The notes below the pieces were generated by a model. That model did no database searches and was not told where the DNA came from. It saw only the letters and a list, made by a program, of their open reading frames with translations. The translations under genes and the position numbers were made by a program. From Scenedesmus sp. PABB004 (lineage: Eukaryota), in NCBI GenBank assembly GCA_014905635.1, contig JABVCE010000003.1, forward strand, positions 62,001 through 126,000: DNA of 64,000 bases, written 5' to 3'. Numbering within the stretch: the first letter of the stretch is position 1; each line of letters opens with the position of its first letter. This document shows positions 37,370 through 48,767 of this stretch, piece after piece.

Positions 37370-37622
37370 CGCGGCGCGCGCGGCGGGGCGTGTGGGCGCT
37401 GACAGCCCAGCGGGGCGGCTGTGTGTGTGTGTGTGTGGGGGGGGGGCTGGCGGCGGCTGCGGGAGGGGAGGGCGGGGGGGGGGGGCAGCCGCGCGGCGCA
37501 CGGGCGCGAGACGAGGGGCGGGGATTGCGTGGCGGCCGAGAGCTCCATGCGACGGCGGTTGTGATGCAACGCCGTTACATGCCCGGCCGAGCGCCCAACT
37601 TGCCCTGCCGCCAGAGGGCACG

Positions 37623-39847
37623 TCAGCTGCCCGCGCCACCGCCAGGCGGCTGCTGCTGCTGCTCGCTGCCGCCGCCGCCCTCCCGCGCCTGCTGCTGCTG
37701 CGCCTGCTGCTGCTGCGCCTGCTGCTGCTGGGCCTGCTGCTGCGCCTGCTGCCCCGCCGCCGCGGCGTGCGCGAGCGCGGCCACGACCGACCCCACGTCC
37801 ATGAGCCGCATCGCCCCGCCCTGGCCCCCGCCCAGCGCGGCGTCGCCGCCGGCCGCGAGCAGCTGGTGCTGGGCGTGCAGGTCCGCGACCGGCATGCCCG
37901 CGAGCAGCTGCTCCATGTCGGCGCTGCCCAGCTCGTTCAGGTCCATGCTCGCCACGCTGCCTGCGCGCGCGTAGGCGGGCGCGGGGCGGGGCGGGGAGGG
38001 GAGTCGTGGGCGGCCGGCGCGGCGAGCGACGGCGCGGCGGCGGGTGCGGGCGCGCCGCCCGCCCCGCCCCGCGCGCACCCACCCAGGGCCTGCTCGAGCT
38101 GCAGCGGGAACGCGGCGCCCCGCCCCCGGGCGCGCCCTGCGTGGCGTCATCGTCGTCGTCGTAGTCCACAAACTCCGCCTCCTCCTCGTCCTCATACTCC
38201 TCACCCTCCTCGTACTCGTCCTGTCGGCGCGGCGCAACGTGCGGCGCGCGCGTGGGCGGCGCGGCGCGCGGCGGCGCGGCGGCGCGCAGGGGGGGGGGGC
38301 GCCGTGGCGCGCGGGCGCGGCCCCGCCGCCCCTGCCCCCGCCGCCCCCGCCGCCCCCGCCGCCCCTGCCGCCCCCGCCGGCGCGGCTCACGTCCTCGCCC
38401 TCATCGGTCTCATACTCGTCCTCGCCCTCGTCCCCGCTCTCCCCCGGCGCACCCTCGGCGCGCCCCGGCGGCCCGCCCGCGCCCGCGCCCGCCGCCGCGG
38501 CACCGGCCGCGCCGCCGGGCGCGAGCGCGGCGCTGAGGCCCTGCCCCAGCAGCTCCGTCATCTGAGCAACCATGGCCTCCACGTCCACCGGCGCGGGCGC
38601 GCCGCCGCCGCCGCCGCCGGCGCCGGCCGCGGGCGCCGCAAAGACCGCCGCGCCGCCGCCGCGCCGCCGCCGGCCGTACAGCGCGCGCAGCTGCGCCTGG
38701 CTCGGCGGGTCCTCCGCGCCGGGCTCGTCCATGTGGGCCAGGATCCACTCGAGCGCGAGCTGCACGTCGCCGCGACCGAGCAGCAGCGCCTTGCGCGACA
38801 GCGCCTCAGTGAACCCCATATCCGTCAGCTGCGCCACGAGCGCCGCCGGCGGCTCCGGCGGCACGATGTCACCCTCCTGCGCGGCGGCGGCGGCGGCGGC
38901 GGCCGCTGGGCGGCCCGGGCGCGGGCGCGCGGGCGCGGGCGCGCGGGCGCGGGCGCGCGGGCGCGGGCGCGCGGCGCGGGCGCGCGGCGCGGGCGCGCGG
39001 CACGGCGCGCGGGCGGGCGGCGCCGCCGCGCCCGCCGCCGGCGCCGCACCTCCTCCTCGTCCTCCTCCTCCGCGTCGCCCGCCGCCGGCCCGCCACCCGC
39101 GCGCGCCGCGTTCAGGCGCAGGCCCTGCACGAGCGGGCCGGTGCCGCCCGTGAGCGCCTGCTCGAGCAGCTGCAGGAGGTCGCCGTCCATCAGCTCCGCC
39201 GGCAGCGCGACCCCGCGCCGCGCCGCGGGGCGTGGCCGCTCCTCGCTGAGCGTGTGCTCCAGCCCGCGCCGCCGCGCCTCGTCGGTGATGGCGCCGCGGA
39301 TGGCCACAGCGTTGGCGGCCTGCGGCCGCGGCGCGGGGAGGCGGGAGATCGTGGGGGCGGGTTGCAGGGAGGGCGCCCTGTGCGCGGCGGCGCGCTGCCG
39401 CAGCTCGCAGGCCCGCCCCGCAGCTCGCAGGCCCGCCCCGCAGCTCGCAGCCCCCCCCCCCCCCCCCGCGCGCGCGCGCGCACCGGCGTCGTCTGCGGCG
39501 CGCGCGGCTGCGTCGGCGGCCGCGCGGCGAGGACGACGAGCTGGTCGCCGCTGGCCACGCCGGCCTGCTTCAGCGCCGCGTCAGCCGGCAGCAGCGCGTG
39601 GCGGAAGATCTGCGCCGCGTGGACGGGCGTGGCGGGCGTGAGCGGCGTGCGCGATCGACGCCGCGGCGGCACGCGCCGCGTGTGGCGGCGGCCGCACCAG
39701 GCGCTGCTGCTCCGGGCGCGGCAGCCCCAGCGTGTCGGCGTGGCGCTCCCAGAGCAGCTGCGCCAGCTGCGCCACGCTCGCCCCCTCATCGACCATGCAC
39801 GCCGCTGAGCCAGACGGGCTGCGGACGGTGAGGGAGAGGAGGCCCAT
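37623..39847 (-). CDS. Ubiquitin-like plus UBA domain protein (UBAC1/KPC2-like architecture)
   Basis: N-terminal UBL (SVAQLAQLL...PEQQRL|IFRHALLPADAALKQAGVASGDQLVVL), UBA (LVAQLTDMGFTEALSRKALLLGRGDVQLALEWILAH), acidic tail. Confidence 0.8.
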
Positions 39848-40274
39848 CGCCGCCGCTGTTGCGGGGCCGGCGCGCGTGCCCGCCCCGCTTCCCGCACGAG
39901 CTCAGCGCGAGCGAGCGCCGCGTCTGACAGAACGGCGTGCACGCGAGCTTGCGGGGGCAGCCGCGGCGGTGCACTCGGCAGGCGCTCGGCGGCGGCGGCC
40001 GGGCGCTGCTGCGGCCGTGGGCGTTGATCGCGGGAAGCGCACGGTGAGCAGCACTCTCGGGCGAGCGCGTTTGTTGCGTTCGCCGCACCGCCGCCGCCGC
40101 CGCTGAACCGCGCGCTCGAACGGGGGCGCACGCCGCACAAAACCGGCGCGCGCGGCGCGCCGCAGACAACCTCCCCGCCTCCCCCGCCCCCGGTCGACCC
40201 TGCCCTGCCCACCGCGGTGCCCGCCGCCGCCCGCGCGACCCCGCACCAGCACGCGCGCGCTGCCCGCGGCCGCC

Positions 40275-42244
40275 ATGGCGCCCCTGCGCGCGCTGGGCCT
40301 GCTCCTGCTGGCAGCGGCGCTCCTCGCGCCCGCGCGCGCGGTCGTCGACTGGCAGTGGCGCGTCGGCCGCGCGACGTGCGGGCCGCGCCGCGCCGCGCCG
40401 CGGCCGCGGCCGGCCGCCGGCCGCCGCCGACCGCCGCCGCCCCGTTCGCAGCAACTACGGCGCGGCAGGCGACCCCTGGAGCATCCACGTGGGTTCGTGC
40501 GGCTACTACTACCTCGACCCGACCGTCAACAAGGGCTGGGACGTCGCCGCGATCACCGACGCGGCGCCCGACTACAAGGGCTCCTGCGGGTGCGCGCCCC
40601 GCCCCGCCCCGCCGCGCGCGCGCGCGGCGGCGGCGGCGGAACGCCCGCGGGCCCGGCCGGCGGGCTGCGCGCGCCGGCGGGGGGCGGTTGCGGCGGGCGC
40701 GCGCGCGCGCGCAAGCTTACCGCCGCCGCCGCTGCGCCGCGCGCCAGGCGCTGCTACGAGATCGCGTGCGCTCCCATGCACCTGACCGACGGCTACGGGC
40801 AGGGCATGGACCGCAACGCCGCGTGCCGCGACCCGGGCGCGAGCGTCACGGTCATGGTCACCGACACCTGTGAGCGCGCGCGCCCGCGCGGCCTGCCACG
40901 CACGCTGCCCGCGCCGCCGCCGCGCCGCCGCCGCGCTGCCGCCGCGCTGCCGCCGCGCTGCCGCCGCGCTGCCGCCGCGCTGCCGCCGCGCTGCCGGCTG
41001 ACGCGCCGCGCGCGTCACGCAGGCCCGTGCGACTACCCCGCCAACTACTACTCCAACAAGCGCTGGTGCGGCCGCTTGGGCGGCAGCCCAAGGCTGCTGC
41101 TTGCTGGCGGCGCCACGCGCCGCGCGCGGCGCGCGCCAGCGGCCGGGCAGCGCCCGTCCACGCGCCGCCGCGCCGCGCTGGCCGCGCGGGGCGCGGCCGC
41201 CTGACGGCGCGGCCGCCCGCCCAGGTGCTGCGGCGACTACATGCACTTTGACCTCAGCTCCTGGGCCTTCGAGAAGGTCCGCTCGCGCGCGCGCGCAACG
41301 CCCGCGCTGCGCCGTGGCTCGCAGCGCCGCCGCGCGCGCGCGCGCCGCGCGCCGCCCGACCACCGCCCGCCCGCCGCCCGCCGCCGGCGCGCGCGCAGCT
41401 CGGCGAGCGCAAGTGGGGCGTGATGGGGGTGCACTACCGCGAGGTCCCCTGCGACCACTGCCCCGACCGCCCCGCGCAGCTGCCGCCCGGCGTCGCGCCC
41501 AGCGCCGCGGTGCAGGACCCGCCGCCCGGCTGGGCGCCGTCGCGGGACAAGCGGCCCTGGGGCAAGATGTGCGACGGCGCGCAGCAGGGCCAGCCGCAGC
41601 AGCAGCAGCAGGGCCAGGGCCAGGGCGCGGGCCAGGGCGCGGGCCAGGGGCAGGGCGGCGGCGACGTGCTTTCCTGGGCCAACTGGAGCTACAGGGCGCG
41701 CGGCGCGTGGACCGAGGCGTCGTCCGGCGGCGCCACCGCGTCGTGCACGACGCTGCAGGGCGGCGGCGCGGCGCGCTACAACCGCGGCGCGGGCGGCGCG
41801 CTGCAGGGCAAGCGGCGGCTCGTGCTCACGGTCAAGCTGGACGGCAGCGGCCAGGTGCCCGACGTCACGCTCGCGCTCGCGTCCACGCGCAAGGTGCGGC
41901 GCGTTTGCTTGCGCCGCACGCGCGCCGCCGCGCCGGGCGCGCGGGCGCGGTGCCCACACGCCGCCCGCGGCCGCCGCCGCCGCCGTCGCCCGCGCGCGCA
42001 GGGGCAGTGCCGCGGCGTCGACCTGCGCAGCCTAGGCGGCCAGCGCTCCGGCGGCTGGGCGGCGCTGTCGGTGCCGCTGAACAACTTTGCGTGGTGGGCC
42101 GGCGGCTGGCAGAGCGACGGCGCGGACTTTGGCGGCTGCGGCGGCGGCGGCGGCATCGGCGGCTGGGACGTGGACGAGGTGCGCCTGCGCAACAAGTGGG
42201 GCGGCGACCAGGCGCTGTGCCTGGCGGACGTGCGGTTTGAGTGA
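40275..42244 (+). CDS. Secreted expansin-like (DPBB/GH45-like) protein with C-terminal Trp-rich, putative carbohydrate-binding domain
   Basis: Signal peptide. GRAT|NYG, GSCGY, GSCG|RCYEIAC, SVTVMVTDTC|PC, W|CCGDYMHFDLSSWAFEK, YREVPC. Q/G linker, then a beta-rich domain (NWSY...WAALSVPLNNF...WDVDEVRLRN). Confidence 0.85.
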
Positions 42245-42549
42245 GGGCGGCCGCGCGCGCGCGCGCGGCGCCACGGGGGGTGACGGCCGGGTTTTTCAGC
42301 CCCCAGGGCTGGCAGGGTGCGTGTTCGTGCGTGGCAAACACACAGGCATGTTTACAGAGTCGTTCTGCAGACCAGGCATCACCTTGCAGGATGCGTGCGT
42401 GCATGCCTCGCGGCGCGCCGTGATTGGCGCCTGCTGCTGCTGATACGACTGCTGCTACTGCTGGGCCCCGGGCACGGGCGTCGCTGTTGGCGGCGCCGCT
42501 CCGCGCGCGGCTCCCAGGCCGCGGGTAAACGGCGACCGCCCGCCGCCGC

Positions 42550-43322
42550 TCACGGCGGCGCCTCGGCGGCTCGCAGGAACGCCGCGAACGCCGACACCGG
42601 GTCGTCCGCGCCCCACACCGCACCCAGCACGCCCGCGCCAGCAAAGCCCAGCTCGCGCAGCTCCGGCAGCCGCGCCGGCGTGACGCCGCCGAGCGCGAGC
42701 ACGGGCATGGGCGCGCGCGCGAGCGCCGCGGCGAGCGCGCCGCGCTCAAAGCCCGCCGCCGCGTAGCCGGCCTTGCTGATGCTGTCAAACACGGGGCTGA
42801 GGAAGGCGTAGTCCAGCGCGCCCCAGTCGGGCCGCGCCACGTCCGCCAGGCTGTGCAGCGACGTGCTCTGGCTGCGCCCCGCCGCGCCGCGGCGCAGCGG
42901 CGGCGCCGGGCGGTCGCGCTCGCGGAAGTGGATGCCCTGCGCGTGGCGCAGCGCGGACGACGGCGAAGACGGCGACGACGCGGCGGCAGGGTGGTGAGCA
43001 CCTTGGCCAGGGCGGCAGCGCCGGGCGCGCGGCGCCGCCGCCGCTGCCCGCCGCCGCTGCCGCTGCCGGCCGTCGCTGCTGCCGCGGGGCCGCGGGCGCG
43101 CCGCGCCTTGAGCCCCAGCTCTTCCGCGAGCGCGTGGTGCGAGTGCAGAACCAGGCGGCAGTGGAACGCGGGCGCCACGGCCTGGACGTACTCCCGCAGC
43201 TCCGCCGCGCTCGCGCCCGGCTTGCGCACGTGCAGCGCCGTGCAGCCGGCGGCGCACAGCGAGTTCACCACCCGCGGCTCCCCGAGGCTGAGCGCGGGGG
43301 GCGTGATCACCACAAGCTGCAT
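42550..43322 (-). CDS. thiE: Thiamine-phosphate synthase (ThiE/TenI family), stand-alone, one intron
   Basis: MQLVVITP...LHVRKP...LVLHSH...K|GIHF...STSLHSL...DYAFLSPVFDSISKAGY...VLALGGVT...GFAGAGVLGAVW. Confidence 0.85.
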
Positions 43323-43540
43323 GGGGCGCGGCGTGGTGTGGGTGCGGCGGCGCGGCGGCGGCGAGAGCAGCGGAGGCGCGTCGTCGTCGCGTCGCTGAGC
43401 CCCGGTTGTTGCACTTCCCGCTGCCGCCGCGCTTCCATGGGCGCCCTGACATCTCCGCACCCCAAAACTCGGCTCTGCGGGGCGCGCCGGGCCGGCTGCG
43501 CGGAGGGAGGTCGGCTTGGCGCGCATAAAAGGTGGCGCAG

Positions 43541-45528
43541 ATGGCCAGCGTCGAGCCCAGCGTCGCGCTGCTGCTGCTGGACGTGGCCAGCGCCAAGTCG
43601 AGCCTCGCCGGCGCGCGCCAGGCGCTCGCGGCGGTAGAGGCGGCGGCGCGCTGCTCGCAGGCGCGGCCGCGTGCGCGCGCGCCGCGCAGCGGGGCAGCGG
43701 GGCGGCGCCGTCGCGCTCACTTCCGCCGCCGCCGCCGCTACAGGGGCATGGCGGCGCCCCGCAGCAGGGGCCCGGCGCCGCGGGCGCCGCGCAGCACCTG
43801 GTCGCGGCGGCGCTGCACGCCGAGAACCTGCAGCTCAAGGCGCTGCTGAAGCGCGAGATCGAGGCGCGGCAGCAGCTCGAGGCGCAGCACGCGGCGCTGC
43901 ACGAGGCGCTGCGGTACGCGCGCGGGCCGCGGTGCCAAACACGTGTGCTGCCCGCGCGCATGCAGGCCGCTGACGCGCGCCGCGCGCCGCCGCGCCTCCT
44001 GCGCCTCAGGCGCACCGGCCTGCAGCACCTGCTCAGCCCAGTCGGCGAGCCGCCGCCCGCCGCGCCCTCACCAGCGGCGGGCGAGGACCCGGTCGCGCAG
44101 AGGCGCGGCAGCAGCCCCTGTGGGCGCGCCACGGCGGCGGCGAGCGGTGCGCAGGGGCGGGCGTCCGCGGCGCCGTCGGCCTACTTCCCGCGACAGAGCT
44201 GGGGGCAGCAGGACACTGAGCCCGCGGAGCACGGCCACGGCAGCGCAGGCGCGCGGGCGGGCAGCGGGAGCAGCACAGACAGCGACGAGGGCAGCGTCGA
44301 CGACGTGCGGGCAGCGGAGGGCGAGGACCTGATACAGCGCGTGCGTGCGCTGTGCGCGCGCGAGGTGGGGCGCCGCGCCTGGCAGCGGCAGCAGCAGGGG
44401 CAGCAGCAGGGGCAGCAGCAGGGGCAGGCGCAGGCGCAGGGGCAGTGGCAGTGGCAGTGGCAGGAGCAGGGGCAGTGGCAGGCGGAGCAGGCGAGCGGGC
44501 GCCGCTGGCCCTGCGTCGGCCAGGGGGGTGCGGGCGCGAGCCTCGGCAGCGGCAGCAGCTCCTCTGCCGCGCCCAGCCGCGATAGCAGCCCGCGGTCCGC
44601 CGCGTCGGGGCACCTGGACAGCGATGACCTCGAGCAGCTGGCGGGCCTCTGCGACGGCCTCCTCGGCCGCCACGAGGCCGGCGGCGCGCACGCCGCGCCT
44701 GAGGCGCAGCTGCCGGGCACGGGCATCGACCAGCTGGCGGCGCAGCTGCAGCGCCTGCAGCAGCAGGTCGCGGCCGCGGGCGCCGAGGCGGCGGAGCTCT
44801 ACGGCGGTGGCGGCGGCGGCGGAGGCGGCGCCGGCGGCGGCCCGGGCGCGCCCGCGCCGTGCGCCACGCCGGCGGCAGCGCGGCGCGGCGGCGGCGGCAG
44901 CCGTTGCGGCGGCGCGGCAGCGGGCGCGTCGGGCGTGGCGGACCTTCAGCAGCAGCTTGCGGCGCGCATGGCGGAGGTGAAGCGGCGCCTGAGCAACATC
45001 TTTGACGGCCTGCAGGAGGCCCAGGCCGGCGGCGCCCAGGCGGCGGCGCGGAGCGGCGCGGGGGACGCCGCGCGCGCGCGCGACCAGCGTGGCGGCCCCG
45101 CCGGCGCGCCGCCGCCCGGGCCGCTCGGCACACGCCCGCGCCAGCAGCACGGTGCGGCGACGGCCGAGGAGGGCGCGGCGTGCGAAGCGCTCCGCGTCAC
45201 TCCAGGCGGCAAGGCATGGGTCGCGTCGCTGCGCGGCGGCGGCGGCGGCGGCGCCGACGGCATCAAGGCGCACCACCGCGGCCCGCCGCCGCGCGGGCCG
45301 CGGCACCGCACGCCGACGCCGTGCCCGCGCGGCGGCGAGGCGCGCGGGAGCGAGAGCAGCGGCAGCTGGTGCACAGTCGACGAGGGCGCGTCCGCGGACG
45401 CCGCGGACGACGACGACGGCCCGGCGCCGCCGCGCCAGCGCACGCCGCGCGGCAGCGCGGCCGGCCGCGTGCTGGCCGCGGTCGCGACGTGCACCTCGCC
45501 GCCGCTGCGGACGCGGTGCGCGTCGTGA
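43541..45528 (+). CDS. Hypothetical protein with short coiled-coil segments
   Basis: MASVEPSVALLLLDVASAKSSL..., LHAENLQLKALLKREIEARQQLEAQHAALHEALR, LQQQLAARMAEVKRRLSNIF. Coding-like frame with plausible introns. No recognisable family. Confidence 0.55.
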
Positions 45529-45777
45529 GGGCGCTTTGCGTGCTGCGCGCCGCCGCGCGGCGGCGCAGGTCTCAGGTTCCCTGGGCAACCGTCAGTTGAA
45601 TCGCGCGCGGCGAGCTCCCCCGTGCCGCCCGCCGGAGCTGCTCACTCCACGGCCTCTCCGCGTCAGGCAGGCCGCAGGCCGGCACGCGCGCCGCGCTCGG
45701 CAGCGGCGGCGCGCGCCGGCAGCAGCGCCCGGCCGCCAGCTGCTGCCGCGGCAGCCAATTGCGCGCGCGTAACGGCG

Positions 45778-48152
45778 ATGCCGTGCTCCAGGGCGGTCCC
45801 GCGGGCGCCCGGCACTGGCGCCGCTGGCAGGGTGCGACGATTCTATCTGCCAGAGCTGCGCTCTGGGGCCGCTGCGCGCTCGCGGGGCGCGCGGTGTGCA
45901 CGCAGGACAGCCAGTGGTGGGCGGTGGACGCTGCCGCGGGACGGCCCGTGCGGCGGCCAGCGAGAGCGGGCGGGATGCTGCCCTGGCTCCAACCCGCGCC
46001 CACACGTGCCCGCGGCCGCGCCCGCAGGTTGCGCCGCGTGCCCTGGTGGTGGTGCCGCAGCGCCGGCGCCTCGTGGCCGCGCCGCGCGCCGCCGCGGCGC
46101 CGCCGCCACACGACGCCGAGCCGCGCGCCAGCGGCGAGCGCGGCGGCGAGCGCCGCTCGGCCGCGCCGCGCCTGCCGCCCCGGCCGTCCAAGCAGGCGCG
46201 CGAGGGCGCGACGCCGACGGGCGGGCGCGGCACCGGCGCCGTGCCGCCCGCGGAGCCGGCGTGCGGCGGTGCGGGGACGGGCGCGGGCGGGCGCGGCGCC
46301 GGCGCCCCGCCGCCCCTGGACCCGGCGGCGGCGCAGGAGCGCGCCCTCGCGGGGCTGCTGATCTACACCGGCATCGTGGGCAGCGCCGCGGTGGGCGCGT
46401 CGCTGCTCGCGCCCGAGCTCGACCTGTGGGCGGGCTGGCGCTGGGCGGGCGCCGACGTCGCGGTGGCGCTGCGGCTCATGCTGCCGGTGTACGCTATGAA
46501 TCTCCTCATCCTCTGGCCCAACTACTCCTCCTGGCAGCTGCCCCCGGCCCGCGGCGGCGGCGGCGGGGCAGCAGAGCAGCCCCCGGCGGCGGCGAGCGGC
46601 GGCGACGGCCCCGCAGCGCGGCCGCCGGCGCCCGGCGCGACGCGGTGGCTGGGCGGCGCGCTGCGGGGCCGCGGCGCGCGGGTGAAGGACGCGCTCCTGC
46701 TGGCGCAGGGTCACTACCTCGCCCTCAACGCCGGCGTGGTCCTGCCGCTGCCGGCCCAGGGCGCGGTCATCGTCGCGGAGGTGCTCGCCGCGGAGCTCGC
46801 CTACCGCTCCGTCGCGCTGCAGCTCGGCGGCGCCTGGCTGAGCGACCGCCTGGTGGAGCTGGGCGCGGAGGACGCGGTCGAGCGCGCGCTGCTGACCCTC
46901 GGCGCCGGGGGCGCGGGCCTGCCCGTGCTGCCCACGCAGCAGCTCGGCGGCCAGCTCGCGGCGGTCGTGCTGCTCGCGGCGGTGTCCTCGGCGGCGGTCG
47001 GGCGGCGCGCGTGGCGGATGTCGCGGCGGTCAGGCAGCATGCTGGGCCGGGCGAGGGCGCGCAGCCAGGGCCTCGTGGAGCGCGCGGGCGCGCAGCAGGC
47101 ACAACAGGGGGGTGAGGGTCCGCAGCACCAGACACAGCGGGGAGAGCAGGAGCAGGCACAGGCGCAGGAGCAGGATCAGGAGCAGCGAGGGCAGCCAGCG
47201 GCCGCTGCGAGCAGCTCGGCTGCCGGCGCGCCCGGCAGCTCGGTGGACAGCGTGCAGGCGGCGCCGCAGGTGGCGGGCGGGTGCGAGGAGCTGGACGGGA
47301 GCAGCAGCCTGGGCGCTGCGCCAGTGCAGCCGCCGGCGCCGCGCGGCGCCGCGGATTTCGCGGTCGCGGCGGCAGGCGGGCAGCCGTGGGCGCGCCGGCT
47401 GCCGAGCACGCTCAGCGCGCTGGCGCTGAGCCAGGTCATCCAAGGCGTCCGCGACGTCAGCCAGATGACTGCGCTGGTGCGCCGCCGGCGAGGGCCGTGC
47501 CACGTGCACGGGAGCGCGCGCGCGGCGCCGCCGCCGCCGCCCTGTCACCGCGCCAGCCCACGCCGCCGCCGCCCTGTCGCTCCGCGCGCGGCGCGCGCCG
47601 CAGGGGCTCGCCTTTGTCCTCACCGGCAACCTGGCGGCGCCCGTTGCTGCGGCGCTGGTCAACCAGGTCCTGCTCTCGGCGCTGCAGGCCCGCGGCGTCG
47701 AGCGCGCCCGCAAGGTGCGCGCGCGCGCGCGTGCGGTGGCGGCGCGGGGCGGGGCGTGCCAGCGGCCGCGCGTGGGCCGCGCCGCGCGCTCGTGCACTCA
47801 TGCGGCAACGCCCGCCGCCGCCTGGCCGACGCAGCGGAGCGCCGCGATCGCAAAGCAGCTGGCCGGCCTCGCGCGCCAGCTGCGCGACGCGCAGCGGAAG
47901 CAGCAGGAAGAGCAGCAGCCCCTGGCGGCTGCGGGCGGCGATGGCGCCGTCGGCGGCGTCGCGCTCGGCGGCGTCGCCCCTGCTGCTGCTGCGCCGGCGG
48001 AGGCGACCGGCGAGGCGGAGCGCGCGGCGGCGGCGCCCACGGCCGAGCCGCCCAGGGACGTGCCCGCCGCGCCGCTCGGGCGCATGGATGCCACGCGCGA
48101 GCGCCTCGACGCGCTGCTGGGGCAGGCGGCCGAGCACGCCGCGGGCAAGTAG
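45778..48152 (+). CDS. Putative plastid membrane protein, degenerate CPBP/CAAX-protease (Abi)-like
   Basis: Several hydrophobic segments. AEVLAAELAYRSVAL resembles EExxFRG, and LAFVLTGNLAAPVAAALVNQ resembles the TGNLxxPxxxHxxxN motif. Start uncertain. Confidence 0.55.
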
Positions 48153-48767
48153 CAGCAGGCAGAGAGAGACAGACAGGGAGAGACAGACAGGGAGCTCCAT
48201 GTGACGCAGAGAGAGGCAGAGTGAGCCAGGCACACACGTAGTAAGAGGCTGCTCGTCCGGCCGCGCCGCGGACGCGCGCGCTCGCCGCCGGTGCGGCGGG
48301 CCGCGCGCTTTGCCGCCGCCGCCGCTGCGCTTCCAGAACAGCCAGCCGCTGCTCTCAAATAACCAGCCCCGCGATCGCGGCGCACATCGGGCTCCTCGGG
48401 AGCAGGGCCCCACGCAGCAGCCCGAGCGACGGCCCTGCGCTGAGCCGCGCGCGCCGCTCCTCCCGATCGAGGGCGTCGCCCCGTCGCGCGCACCGCAGCG
48501 GACGCCGACGCCGCAGCCAGGCCTGCGGCGCGCCTGCAGGCGCACGCCCGCATCAGCAGCACCGGCCGACGCGCAGCTGGGCGCTGCCCGGGCCCTGCCG
48601 AAGATCCCTCCCCCACCGCCGCCTGGTGCCCGGCAGCTGACGCCCGTGGGTCGTGCGGCCGCCCGCGGCGCGGCGGGGGCGGCGAGCGGCGGAGCAGCAG
48701 CACGCTCTCTTCGCTCGCGGGAGGCGTCGCGCGCGGGGCCGTGCGCCCGTCCTCGGCGCGGCGCGCC

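Noticed and set aside
25190..41000. Short intronic tandem duplications (~25190-25290, ~39400-39450, ~40930-40995) as introner or mobile elements
   Set aside because: They are local slippage repeats. I saw no family of near-identical introns shared between genes.
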